Positions 24,992-36,099 are shown, numbered from the stretch's first letter. The stretch: 64,000 bases of DNA from Octopus sinensis (GCF_006345805.1 NC_043006.1:68262001-68326000); one strand, 5' to 3'. Notes: generated by a model not told the origin, from the sequence alone. Translations and numbers: made by a program.

Positions 24992-26710
24992 TATTTCTTT
25001 ATTACCCACTAGGGGCCACGAAGAGGGAACATTACAAAACATGGGGGACACAAAACAATGCGATTAAAATTACGATTAAATGAATGTTAAAATGAAAAAA
25101 TGATAACATGAAAGCGATGCTAACGGCCCCCTCCGCCAGCATCACTTACCTTTCCGTTTCCTATCACGATTCCAAAGTTTTTCACCTCACCTTTCATTTC
25201 TCTCTCATATCTCTCTATCATATCATCCTTCATAAATGCTGATAAACAATTTATACGTAGTTCATTGCACTTGCTCATCAAAGAGGCCATGAGTTCAAAA
25301 TCGAATACCGCATAGCTTCCATCCTCATACTCCTGCCATACATCGTCTTCAAAAAGCCTTCTTGCGTTCTCAGTATCCCCCTTCCCCACAACACATAAAA
25401 AGTAGGACTGGGTCTTTTGTATGTTCTGTGTGTCTGTTTTCGTTTTTCTTGTAGGCGGGGAGTGGGTGGGATTGATGTTTGCGGGGACAGGATGGGTCTC
25501 CAAGGGTGTGGGTGGTATTGGGGTGGGTTGGGGCTTCGCACAGTTTTTCCTTTTCTTTCCTTTTCTCTTCTTTCTGCCCTCCTCACACTCTTCTTGCATC
25601 TCCTCCTCCTCTGTCATTTCCCTTTCCGTCTGCTTCTCTTTAATTTCTTCTTCTTTTGGGGCCTCCTCTTTTGGAGTTTCCTCAACGATTTCCTTTTCTC
25701 TTGGTGGGGGAGGGCAGAAGGCTCTTATGTGGCCCCTCAGGCCACACTTGTAACAACGTGGAGCTCTGCCCTCCACCCACACTCTCATAATCACGTCTCC
25801 TAATTTAATGCTCTCCGCCAGGTCCACCTGTACCTCGCTCTCCGCCTGCACGTTTAGCTCCACTATTACGCCTCTCCAGCCCTGGGTCTTGACCGAGGCA
25901 TGGAGAATATCTACTTTCTCCTCGTGGCCGCTGATCACAGCCGCCACAATCCACTCAGCCTCCACGTTTGGTGGCACTCCCTCCACCCTTACTCGTGTGA
26001 TCCTTCTATTCAAGTACATAGGTAAAAGTGTTACCTTTTCTGACTTCACCGCCTTCACCGCCATCTTCCTCGCTGCAGTCTCACTTTTAAAATGTACCAC
26101 TACAGTACCGTACTTCGATCCTCGAGTCAGAAAAATGATTTCCTCCTCCGATCTTCTCAGGGCCTCCTCTATCCATTCTATGTTTACGATCTCTATTTTC
26201 TTTCTTTCGTTCACGAACACCCTGTAAATTATGGTCCTCTTATTGTACCATTCCTTTCTCTTTGGTGGTGGTTCCAGTTCCACCTCGCCGCTGTCCTTCC
26301 TCATATACCTCTGGAAACCTGGCAATTTTTCTAGGTTTATTTCTTTTTCCTGTTCCGTCTTCTTTTTTGCAACTCCTGCGTACGTTTTCCTGTTTTTTGT
26401 CTCCACATTATTTACATCACCGATTTGCTCGTCTTCAGAGTTCGATGTCTCCGACAAGCTCTCAAATATCCATTCTTCCTCCGACTCCTCCACTAGGGAG
26501 TGGTCATCCATCTCCTCCCGCCTGACAGGCCAAAACGGCCGTCAAAACAGAAAAAGTGTAACGCGCAGAACCAGTGGAACGCGAAACCGCTTTAACGCCG
26601 TTCAAAATTTCCACAACAACAACAACAATTCTTTTTGATCTTTTTTTACCGAATTTTACGAGCGTAAAAAAACACGACCGAACTCAAACTGACGAACAGA
26701 CAACTGATCC
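24992..26710 (-). mobile_element. ORF1-only element, array unit 2 (intact), 1719 bp
   Basis: 199-bp 5' UTR, single 463-codon ORF and 128-bp 3' UTR ending AATAAAGAAATA; flanked by the 19-bp TSD. Confidence 0.93.
25120..26511 (-). CDS. Tx1/L1-type ORF1 (gag-like nucleic-acid-binding protein), 463 aa
   Basis: RRM-like segments (GTVVVHF, TRVRVEGVPPNV) and a CX2CX4HX4C knuckle (CYKCGLRGHIRAFC). An acidic/basic/Pro-rich linker is followed by a globular-looking C-terminal ~85 aa. Confidence 0.85.
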   Translation of the reverse strand: MDDHSLVEESEEEWIFESLSETSNSEDEQIGDVNNVETKNRKTYAGVAKKKTEQEKEINLEKLPGFQRYMRKDSGEVELEPPPKRKEWYNKRTIIYRVFVNERKKIEIVNIEWIEEALRRSEEEIIFLTRGSKYGTVVVHFKSETAARKMAVKAVKSEKVTLLPMYLNRRITRVRVEGVPPNVEAEWIVAAVISGHEEKVDILHASVKTQGWRGVIVELNVQAESEVQVDLAESIKLGDVIMRVWVEGRAPRCYKCGLRGHIRAFCPPPPREKEIVEETPKEEAPKEEEIKEKQTEREMTEEEEMQEECEEGRKKRKGKKRKNCAKPQPTPIPPTPLETHPVPANINPTHSPPTRKTKTDTQNIQKTQSYFLCVVGKGDTENARRLFEDDVWQEYEDGSYAVFDFELMASLMSKCNELRINCLSAFMKDDMIERYEREMKGEVKNFGIVIGNGKVSDAGGGGR

Positions 26711-26729
26711 GCGGGGACACATGTTGGTC

Positions 26730-28447
26730 CATTTTTTTATTACCCACTAGGGGCCACGAAGAGGGAACATTACAAAACATGGGGGACACAAAACAATGCG
26801 ATTAAAATTATGATTAAATGAATGTTAAAATGAAAAAATGATAACATGAAAGCGATGCTAACGGCCCCCTCCGCCAGCATCACTTACCTTTCCGTTTCCT
26901 ATCACGATTCCAAAGTTTTTCACCTCACCTTTCATTTCTCTCTCATATCTCTCTATCATATCATCCCTCATAAATGCTGATAAACAATTTATACGTAGTT
27001 CATTGCACTTGCTCATCAAAGAGGCCATGAGTTCAAAATCGAATACCGCATAGCTTCCATCCTCATACTCCTGCCATACATCGTCTTCAAAAAGCCTTCT
27101 TGCGTTCTCAGTATCCCCCTTCCCCACAACACATAAAAAGTAGGACTGGGTCTTTTGTATGTTCTGTGTGTCTGTTTTCGTTTTTCTTGTAGGCGGCGAG
27201 TGGGTGGGATTGCTGTTTGCGGGGGCAGGATGGGTCTCCAAGGGTGTGGGTGGTATTGGGGTGGGTTGGGGCTTCGCACAGTTTTTACTTTTCTTTCCTT
27301 TTCTCTTCTTTCTGCCCTCCTCACACTCTTCTTGCATCTCCTCCTCCTCTGTCATTTCCCTTTCCGTCTGCTTCTCTTTAATTTCTTCTTCTTTTGGGGC
27401 CTCCTCTTTTGGAGTTTCCTCAACGATTTCCTTTTCTCTTGGCGGGGGAGGGCAGAAGGCTCTTATGTGGCCCCTCAGGCCACACTTGTAACAACGTGGA
27501 GCTCTGCCCTCCACCCACACTCTCATAATCACGTCTCCCAATTTAATGCTCTCCGCCAGGTCCACCAGTACCTCGCTCTCCGCCTGCACGTTTAGCTCCA
27601 CTATTACGCCTCTCCAGCCCTCGGTCTTGACCGAGGCATGGAGAATATCTACTTTCTCCTCGTGGCCGCTGATCACAGCCGCCACAATCCACTCAGCCTC
27701 CACGTTTGGTGGCACTCCCTCCACCCTTACTCGTGTGATCCTTCTATTCAAGTACATAGGTAAAAGTGTTACCCTTTCTGACTTCACCGCCTTCACCGCC
27801 ATCCTCCTCGCTGCAGTCTCACTCTTAAAATGCACCACTACAGTACCGTACTTCGATCCTCGAGTCAGGAAAATGATTTCCTCCTCCGATCTTCTCAGGG
27901 CCTCCTCTATCCATTCCATGTTTACGATCTCTATTTTCTTTCTTTCGTTCACGAACACCCTGTAAATTATGGTCCTCTTATTGTACCATTCCTTTCTCTT
28001 TGGTGGTGGTTCCAGTTCCACCTCGCCGCTGTCCTTCCTCATATACCTCTGGAAACCTGGCAATTTTTCTAGGTTTATTTCTTTTTCCTGTTCCGTCTTC
28101 TTTTTTGCAACTCCTGCGTACGTTTTCCTGTTTTTTGTCTCCACATTATTAACATCACCGATTTGCTCGTCTTCAGAGTTCGATGTCTCCGACAAGCTCT
28201 CAAATATCCATTCTTCCTCCGACTCCTCCACTAGGGAGTGGTCATCCATCTCCTCCCGCCTGACAGGCCAAAACGGCCGTCAAAACAGAAAAAGTGTAAC
28301 GCGCAGAACCAGTGGAACGCGAAACCGCTTTAACGCCGTTCAAAATTTCCACAACAACAACAACAATTCTTTTTGATCTTTTTTACCGAATTTTACGAGC
28401 GTAAAAAAACACGACCGAACTCAAACTGACGAACAGACAACTGATCC
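26730..28447 (-). mobile_element. ORF1-only element, array unit 3 (intact), 1718 bp
   Basis: Same organisation as unit 2; flanked by the 19-bp TSD. Confidence 0.93.
26858..28249 (-). CDS. Tx1/L1-type ORF1, 463 aa
   Basis: Near-identical to 25120-26511, with an uninterrupted frame and the CCHC knuckle. Confidence 0.85.
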   Translation of the reverse strand: MDDHSLVEESEEEWIFESLSETSNSEDEQIGDVNNVETKNRKTYAGVAKKKTEQEKEINLEKLPGFQRYMRKDSGEVELEPPPKRKEWYNKRTIIYRVFVNERKKIEIVNMEWIEEALRRSEEEIIFLTRGSKYGTVVVHFKSETAARRMAVKAVKSERVTLLPMYLNRRITRVRVEGVPPNVEAEWIVAAVISGHEEKVDILHASVKTEGWRGVIVELNVQAESEVLVDLAESIKLGDVIMRVWVEGRAPRCYKCGLRGHIRAFCPPPPREKEIVEETPKEEAPKEEEIKEKQTEREMTEEEEMQEECEEGRKKRKGKKSKNCAKPQPTPIPPTPLETHPAPANSNPTHSPPTRKTKTDTQNIQKTQSYFLCVVGKGDTENARRLFEDDVWQEYEDGSYAVFDFELMASLMSKCNELRINCLSAFMRDDMIERYEREMKGEVKNFGIVIGNGKVSDAGGGGR

Positions 28448-28466
28448 GCGGGGACACATGTTGGTC

Positions 28467-30181
28467 TATTTCTTTATTACCCACTAGGGGCCACGAAGAG
28501 GGAACATTACAAAACATGGGGGACATAAAACAATGCGATTAAAATTATGATTAAATGAATGTTAAAATGAAAAAATGATAACATGAAAGCGATGCTAACG
28601 GCCCCCTCCGCCAGCATCACTTACCTTTCCGTTTCCTATCACGATTCCAAAGTTTTTCACCTCACCTTTCATTTCTCTCTCATATCTCTCTATCATATCA
28701 TCCTTCATAAATGCTGATAAACAATTTATACGTAGTTCATTGCACTTGCTCATCGAAGAGCCCATGAGTTCAAAATCGAATACCGCATAGCTTCCGTCCT
28801 CATACTCCTGCCATACATCGTCTTCAAAAAGCCTTCTTGCGTTCTCAGTATCCCCCTTCCCCACAACACATAAAAAGTAGGACTGGGGCTTTTGTATGTT
28901 CTGTGTGTCTGTTTTCGTTTTTCTTGTAGGCGGGGAGTGGGTGGGATTGCTGTTTGCGGGGGCAGGATGGGTCTCCAAGGGTGTGGGTGGTATTGGGGTG
29001 GGTTGGGGCTTCGCACAGTTTTTCCTTTTCTTTCCTTTTCTCTTCTTTCTGCCCTCCTCACACTCTTTTTGCATCTCCTCCTACTCTGTCATTTCCCTTT
29101 CCGTCTGCTTCTCTTTAATTTCTTCTTCTTTTGGGGCCTCCTCTTTTGGAGTTTCTTCAACGATTTCCTTTTCTCTTGGCGGGGGAGGGCAGAAGGCTCT
29201 TATGTGGCCCCTCAGGCCACACTTGTAACAACGTGGAGCTCTGCCCTCCACCCACACTCTCATAATCACGTCTCCCAATTTAATGCTCTCCGCCAGGTCC
29301 ACCAGTACCTCGCTCTCCGCCTGCACGTTTAGCTCCACTATTACGCCTCTCCAGCCCTCGGTCTTGACCGAGGCATGGAGAATATCCACTTTCTCCTCGT
29401 GGCCGCTGATCACAGCCGCCACAATCCACTCAGCCTCAACGTTTGGTGGCACTCCCTCCACCCTTACTCGTGTAATCCTTCTATTCAAGTACATTGGTAA
29501 AAGTGTTACCTTTTCTGACTTCACTGTCTTCACCGCCATCTTCCTCGCTGCAGTCTCGCTTTTAAAATGTACCACTACAGTACCGTACTTCGATCCTCGA
29601 GTCAGAAAAATGATTTCCTCCTCCGATCTTCTCAGGGCCTCCTCTATCCATTCCATGTTTACGATCTCTATTTTCTTTCTTTCGTTCGCGAACACCCTGT
29701 AAATTATGGTCCTCTTATTGTACCATTCCTTTCTCTTTGGTTGTGGTTCCAGTTCCACCTCGCCGCTGTCCTTCCTCATATACCTCTGGAAACCTGGCAA
29801 TTTTTCTAGGTTTATTTCTTTTTCCTGTTCCGTCTTCTTTTTTGCAACTCCTGCGTACGTTTTCCTGTTTTTTGTCTCCACATTATTTACATCACCGATT
29901 TGCTCGTCTTCAGAGTTCGATGTCTCCGACAAGCTCTCAAATATCCATTCTTCCTCCCACTCCTCCACTAGGGAGTGGTCATCCATCTCCTCCCGCCTGA
30001 CAGGCCAAAACGGCCGTCAAAACAGAAAAAGTGTAACGCGCAGAACCAGTGGAACGCGAAACCGCTTTAACGCCGTTCAAAATTTCCACAACAACAACAA
30101 TTCTTTTTGATCTTTTTTACCGAATTTTACGAGCGTAAAAAAACACGACCGAACTCAAACTGACGAACAGACAACTGATCC
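28467..30181 (-). mobile_element. ORF1-only element, array unit 4 (premature stop), 1715 bp
   Basis: The ORF is split by GAG>TAG into 29081-29986 (301 aa, keeps the knuckle) and 28595-29074. Confidence 0.92.
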
Positions 30182-30200
30182 GCGGGGACACATGTTGGTC

Positions 30201-30523
30201 AAGATACGATGGCCAACAGAATGGTTAAGAATCAGCAGGTTGCAGGAGAAAGAGAGACAGAGAGAGAGGGAATCAAAGAGGGTGGAAGGCAGGGGACAGA
30301 ATCAGTGACCAAGAGAAAAGGAGAAAGAAGGGATTAAGGAGGATGGGAGGAAGAGGGGAGGAGGATGGGAGGAAGAGGGGGGAAGAATCGTAGGGCGCCA
30401 AAATAGTTTGGTGAAGAAGCAATGGCGGGTAGGAAAGACAGTGTGTATAGAAGTCGTGCAGGGTTTAAAATTGGACAAACAAACGGGGGGGGGGGGGTGC
30501 ACGTAACGCCGCAATAATATAAG
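30201..30523 (+). repeat. Host repeat segment B (purine-rich), continuation of the interrupted target
   Basis: Begins aagatacgatgg, exactly the sequence that follows the empty target at 30917-30928. Confidence 0.8.
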
Positions 30524-30928
30524 AATGAATGTTTTTATATATAATGAACGTGAAATACAGGAAGGGACGAACACGGAACACAGACAAATCATTCGAAGCC
30601 TTCAATCTTCAGTCAGACACCGAATCATCATAGCAAATTTCGGCTGTTCAATTCTGATATTTGCTCCAACTCGGCCAACCCCAAGAAAAAAACTAAGCTG
30701 TAAGCATTAGATTTCTTGGTAGAAGACAGGAATGTGAACGCACAAGACGGATGTAAATACAAGAGACGAAAACGAAATTGAAAACAGTAATGAATAAACA
30801 AAATATATATAACGGTGGTTGTCATACGACTTTAGACCAAATGAGACAAAACAACAACAACATAGCAGCTGGCGTAGAAATAATTACCGTTTTGGTAGCG
30901 GGGACACATGTTGGTCAAGATACGATGG
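30524..30928 (+). repeat. Host repeat segment A (right copy) with empty target site
   Basis: Direct repeat of 23023-23446 that reads through gcggggacacatgttggtc-aagatacgatgg with no insertion. Confidence 0.9.
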
Positions 30929-30934
30929 ATATAT

Positions 30935-31200
30935 ATCTTCTTCTTAATCCTTTTTGCCCCTTGTGGACCATAGGGCCTCAACAGTTGCTTTCCACTTTTT
31001 GTGGTCATTGGCGTGTTTCTTGGCTGCTTCCCATGTCAGGCCAGTGGTACTGAGCTCGTCCAAAATACTTCATACTTCCATGTCTGCTTCGGGCGTCTTT
31101 GCTTCCTTTTCCCCTGCAGGTTCCAGTCGAGTGCTTGTCGTGTCACATTTGAAGGTTCTTTCCACAGTGTGTGTTCGATCCATCTCTATTTCCTTCGTCT
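30935..31200 (-). mobile_element. RTE-clade LINE 3' end fragment with (GAA)n-type tail
   Basis: Minus-strand translation RWIEHTLWKEPSNVTRQALDWNLQGKRKQRRPKQTW...WKATVEAL. Confidence 0.8.
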
Positions 31201-32479
31201 AATCTGAACATGTATGTTCACACCACCTGACAGACATGCAAGACATATATATATGTATGTATATATACATATGTGTGTGTGTGTGTGTACCCCATCCATC
31301 ATTTGAAAACTTAGCGGTTCAGCAAAAGAGACAGAGAGAACAAGTTCTAGGCTTACAAAAAATAAGTCCTGGGGTCGATTTGTTTGATTAAATGACTGAA
31401 ACAGGTAAACGAGTATACACACACACATGATGAACTTCTTTCAGTTTCCATTTACTATATATAATTGAATGTATATGCATATGCATGTATATCTATGTGT
31501 GCATGTATTTTGGGATTGTGTGTTGTTTGTCATCCACCACTGTTTGACAACAGCTTTAAATTAATCATGCATTATCTTGTGGCTTTGAGATTTCAATATG
31601 TTTGTTTATTTTCAGAATAACGTTGTAGGATAGGTGTTAGAGGCTGGATATAGCCATTTTCAACATAAAACAAGTAAAATATTTGGACTGGATATGGTTG
31701 GTTTAAGCACTTAAGGGTTAATAATAATTTCTGTTTCACCACACAACTAATTTCAAGTTGGTCATGAATTAGATAGTGCACAGAAGTCAATACCATTGAA
31801 AGTATAATTCTGTAGCATTCATAAATAGTTGATTATAGGTGCAACCACACCATGACTTAAATTTTATAATCCAACAACTTGATTTTGAGTCTAATAATGT
31901 TTGTTAAGTTTTATTGGACAACCTAAACCAAACCTATTCCACTTTCTGGTAACTACAGTCATAATGTTGAATTTGAAAATTATTTAGACTTAAAATGAGA
32001 TTCCCCAATTACCATTCCAGAAAGGGGACATCACTATGCATAAACGATATATCAGGAGGAGATTATTCTGTAGTTACATCTATTTTAGAATCTTATCTTC
32101 CAGAAACCTTGAGAAGTTTGTCAGTAGAATAGGAGTTATTTTTGGAAGAAGGAATATATATCTAATTATCTTTAATCTCAATGGAGTTCAAAGTCGAATT
32201 CACTTGGTGAATTAGACAACAAAGAGCTTATGAAATACCTCTTCTTTTCTTCTTTAATTATGGCTTTATTTTCATAGGGAGCTTTTGGCCGTTCAATAAA
32301 TAAGTCAATAAAAAAGCCTATATATGAGGTATAGGAAACCTTTTTCAAGAAGAAGGCTGCATGAGACATGGTTCATCATCTGACAGGTCATTTACTAACA
32401 AATTTTAAGGTAATATTTTGCTAGGTGTGATATTTAGAAAATCCTGCAGGCCACATATCATTTGTGGGACTTTCCAAAT

Positions 32480-32646
32480 CAGTGGTTCTCAATATTTTTA
32501 ATACTTGGGCCAGATTCCAAACCTGGATTTTTTTTAGGGGACTGCACCAAAAAAGTAAAACAACTCAAAGAAAAATTTACTATATCTATAGAGGGAAGAC
32601 CATTGAGGACGAATGCAATACTGGGAGCTGAGGTTGAGAACCACTG
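32480..32646. mobile_element. hAT (Charlie-like) MITE
   Basis: TIRs cagtggttctcaa / ttgagaaccactg. A related MITE lies at 51031-51359. Confidence 0.75.
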
Positions 32647-32963
32647 TTCTAACAGCCAAATTTTCTTTGAACTATCAAAAACAGAAAAAAAGGGGGAATC
32701 TGGGATGCAATATTCCTAAAAATAAGATCGGACGATTATAATTAGGAAGCTTTTTGACCAGGACAGATTTAAAGATTGAACAACAACAAACATTAGTTGA
32801 AATACCTTAGGTGTTGATAATGAGATGTGTAGTCACAACTAAAAGTACAAAATGAGTGTTATGGTTGAAAAGTTATAAAAATATGCTTTACACATAGCAA
32901 TTAATCTCAGAAGAAAAGATATTGATTTTCTTGTAAAGATATATTAAAATGTGTTTATATTAA

Positions 32964-33178
32964 CACTTTCGTTACCAACCCAGCTGAATCTGGCTTTGAG
33001 TACAAATGTCTTGTTTTCATAAGTTTTGAATAAAAAATCTTCCACCAAACCTTAGTCACAATTTATGTTCCTAACACTAGCTGAATGATAATTAAGCTAT
33101 TTTACTAAATTCTTTGTGATATTTAAAGTAATTGAAAGAAACACAGAGCATCTCAAAATAAATACAGTAATGAAAGGG
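32964..33178. mobile_element. piggyBac-like MITE
   Basis: TTAA at both flanks; termini cactttc...gaaaggg. Confidence 0.65.
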
Positions 33179-34072
33179 TTAACATTAGGCTCATCAGGAT
33201 GGTGGCAGTGACCTGATATTCTGACCTTATAAACTGTCTCTCTTTAGGGTGAACTGGATTGTTAAGAGTTAGCCATAATAGGATAGAACAGACAAGTTTT
33301 CTCAAAAAGGAGGCTGCATAAGACCTGGGTCATCATCTGGAGAGCCACATTGCTAAAGCATTCAAGGTAACTTTTTGTTAGGTGTACCATTCAAAAGTCC
33401 CAGGTGCCACAAGTTACCTATGACAGGATCATAATGATGACTGGGGAAAAATACTCAGGTAATGAGTGATAATTTTAGACATGATTTTGTCTTATTAGAC
33501 ACCTCAGTGTTTTATTGTTTACACAGATTTTTCGAGAACTACATGACATTACCATTGTACTAACAAAGACTCACTTCCCAATAGATTTTAGATTAATTGC
33601 TGGTGTTTTCTTTCTGAAATACACATTTATTTAATCAAGCAGTACATAACTCAGTATTCTTTTATTCATGTACTTGTTTCGGTGATTTGACTGTGGCCAT
33701 GCTGGAGCACCACCTTCAAGTATAGATTTCTTATATAACCTCTCACTTGTTTGACATCATATGAAATACCAGAACCAGTAACTTGAGACATGTAACTTAT
33801 ACATTCAGCTTGGATTTTATCATACATAAGTATATGCAGTATTGTAGGTCAAATTCAAACAATGAATTGAATTCAGACTTAAGAAGAGTCAAAACATGGA
33901 CACCTCTATTACTCTTTTATTTGTTTCAGTCATTTGAATGCAGCCATGCTGGAGCACCACCTTTAGTCAAACAAATCGATCCCAGGATTTATTCTTTGTT
34001 ACGGGGACCTAACACACCAGCATTGGTTGTCAAGTGATGGCGGGTGGACAAACACAGACACACAAACATAAA

Positions 34073-34108
<36 letters not shown>

Positions 34109-36099
34109 ATCCAAACATGAAAACACAACAACATGAGGACGTGGAAGAAGTATAGTATTATTGGACGCTCAGGAAAGAAGGGAAGGAGGGTTTAACGTCA
34201 GTGGGTCTGAGCCTGGAATCACATAGTTGGTAAGCAAGCTACTTACCACACAGCCACCCCTGTGCCTATGCTATGTTTTATCTATTTTCTTTTCTAATTT
34301 GTCATTAGATTATTTTAATTTGAACTAGAAAATGTATAAATGCATTTCTCTCATGCATACTGAAGCAATTGTCTACAAAAGGTTGGTTACACACACACAT
34401 TCTTATTTCATCCACCATTTTGATGTCCACTTGCATGGACTGGATGGACTTTATTGAAGTGGAATTTCTACAACTGGATGCCCTTCCTGTTGGCAACCAT
34501 CACCTATTTCCAAGTAAGGCAATGTTTCCCCCATAGCCAGACATGACCTCACAGAATATTGGAAATGAGCATGTTTTGTATGAGACAATTATTTTACAAC
34601 TATTATGCAATATCAAGACAAGGAAACACAAACATACATACATACATGCTGGTTGTCTACTCCTTATGCAGAGTTTGACCACCTCTTGTACTTACACCTT
34701 AGAACCATTATAGCATCTAATGTGGCTTTTTAAACCAGGCAATGTTCTGAACAGACACTCACATAGATTGCATATCTGATTTGGACTACCAAGAGCTGCA
34801 GATAAGTTCTGATCTTTGTAGATCTTAAAATGTCTTTTGAGGCCTCCATTAGATTTGCAAACCTTCTGGCATACATTGCATTCATGCATGCATGCATACA
34901 TGCATGCATGCATACATGCATGTATGCATACATACATACTTACATACATACATACATAGTTAAAATTTACAGAAAAACAAAAGATAAAGACAGCTGTATG
35001 AACAACAAACAGGTGTATTAGTTTGACGCTTGGGAAAATGAAAATGTCTTATGTTTCAGGCCTATGCTTTTTAACAGAAAGGAATAAGAGAAAATAAAGA
35101 GGGAGAGAATGAAAAAAAAACTTGTAGATTTAGTAGTCAAGCATGGCGAATGATTAGAAAAAAGTTTGAAAGAAGAGATTTTATCCTGCCTAAAACTTTC
35201 TTCTCTTTGGACTTGTATATCTTAACCACTTCCTGAACTTTTTGCATCTCCCCTCATCTACATACCAGCACACCACCCAGATTACCACTGGATATACTGA
35301 ATCTACTTTCATGGATTTCACTGGATTTTTTTTTGTTGATATACACACACACACATACATATATAATGGGATTCTTTTTTTTTTAGTTTCCATCGACCAA
35401 ATCTGCTTACAAGGTCAACCTGAGGCTATAGTAGAAGACACTTGCTTAAAGTTGCTGGAACCATGTGATTGGGATGCAAACTTCTTGCCACACAAACACA
35501 CCTGTGCCATTGCAGGCAAGCTAATGGACAAAATTTTAAAAAATTCAGGAGAATAACAAAAGGTTCGATCTCAACTATTGAATTTATTCACCTGAATTGC
35601 TGCTTTTATAGTCACTTTCACCAGTTTGCTTGCCTGAATCACTCTATTTGTCCATGTAAGAGTAAACTTGTTGGAATTCTTGCTCACCTTTGGCCAAAGA
35701 ATAAATATCATCAATAATTTCCTCCATTATAAAGAGATCAGGTTTAGTTTGTTTATCAGACAAAGTGCTGGGTTCATCACATACTTGTTTCAATGCAAAA
35801 AAAAAAAAAAAAGTTTTTTCTTTTTTTATTAAAATCATAAATAAACAACTGTTATGGGAAATGCTATTAGCAATGAACACACTTAACTACAAAGCCACAT
35901 AAACACACTTAACTACAAAGCTGCAATGTGATCAGTTGTCTATTTTTAGCATTTTATCATATTTCTTTGTGATGTTAATTACCACTTCAGTTACCAGCAG
36001 AGATTATGTATTCCTGAGTGAGTGGGAACACAACATGACAGGGTTAATAAGACAATTGTTATCTAGCAAAAACCAAATGTGTTTTAATAAAAATTTGTG

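Noticed and set aside
25724-25912. The unit-1 deletion as a spliced-out GT-AG intron (retrocopy of a spliced transcript)
   Set aside because: A GT (GTAGAT) and an AG (ATAAGAG) are nearby, but the observed junction keeps GTAG. No placement of the breakpoints gives a removed segment that starts GT and ends AG.
29075-29083. Programmed readthrough at the TAG shared by units 1 and 4
   Set aside because: No downstream pseudoknot or known readthrough context is visible, and units 2 and 3 have GAG there, so a nonsense substitution is the simpler explanation.
23871-30110. Plus-strand ORFs of 80-205 aa within the array
   Set aside because: They are antisense shadows of the purine-rich ORF1 strand, with F/S/L-rich low-complexity translations.
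23428-30200. CRISPR-like repeat-spacer array
   Set aside because: The 19-bp repeats separate 1.5-1.7-kb homologous coding units rather than short unique spacers; the context is eukaryotic and there are no cas genes.
23023-30928. The A repeats as LTRs of a gag-only LTR retrotransposon or TRIM
   Set aside because: TG...CA ends can be drawn, but I found no convincing tRNA primer-binding site or polypurine tract at the expected positions. The ORF units sit inside an A copy with their own TSDs, and the ORF is Tx1-like rather than a retroviral Gag.
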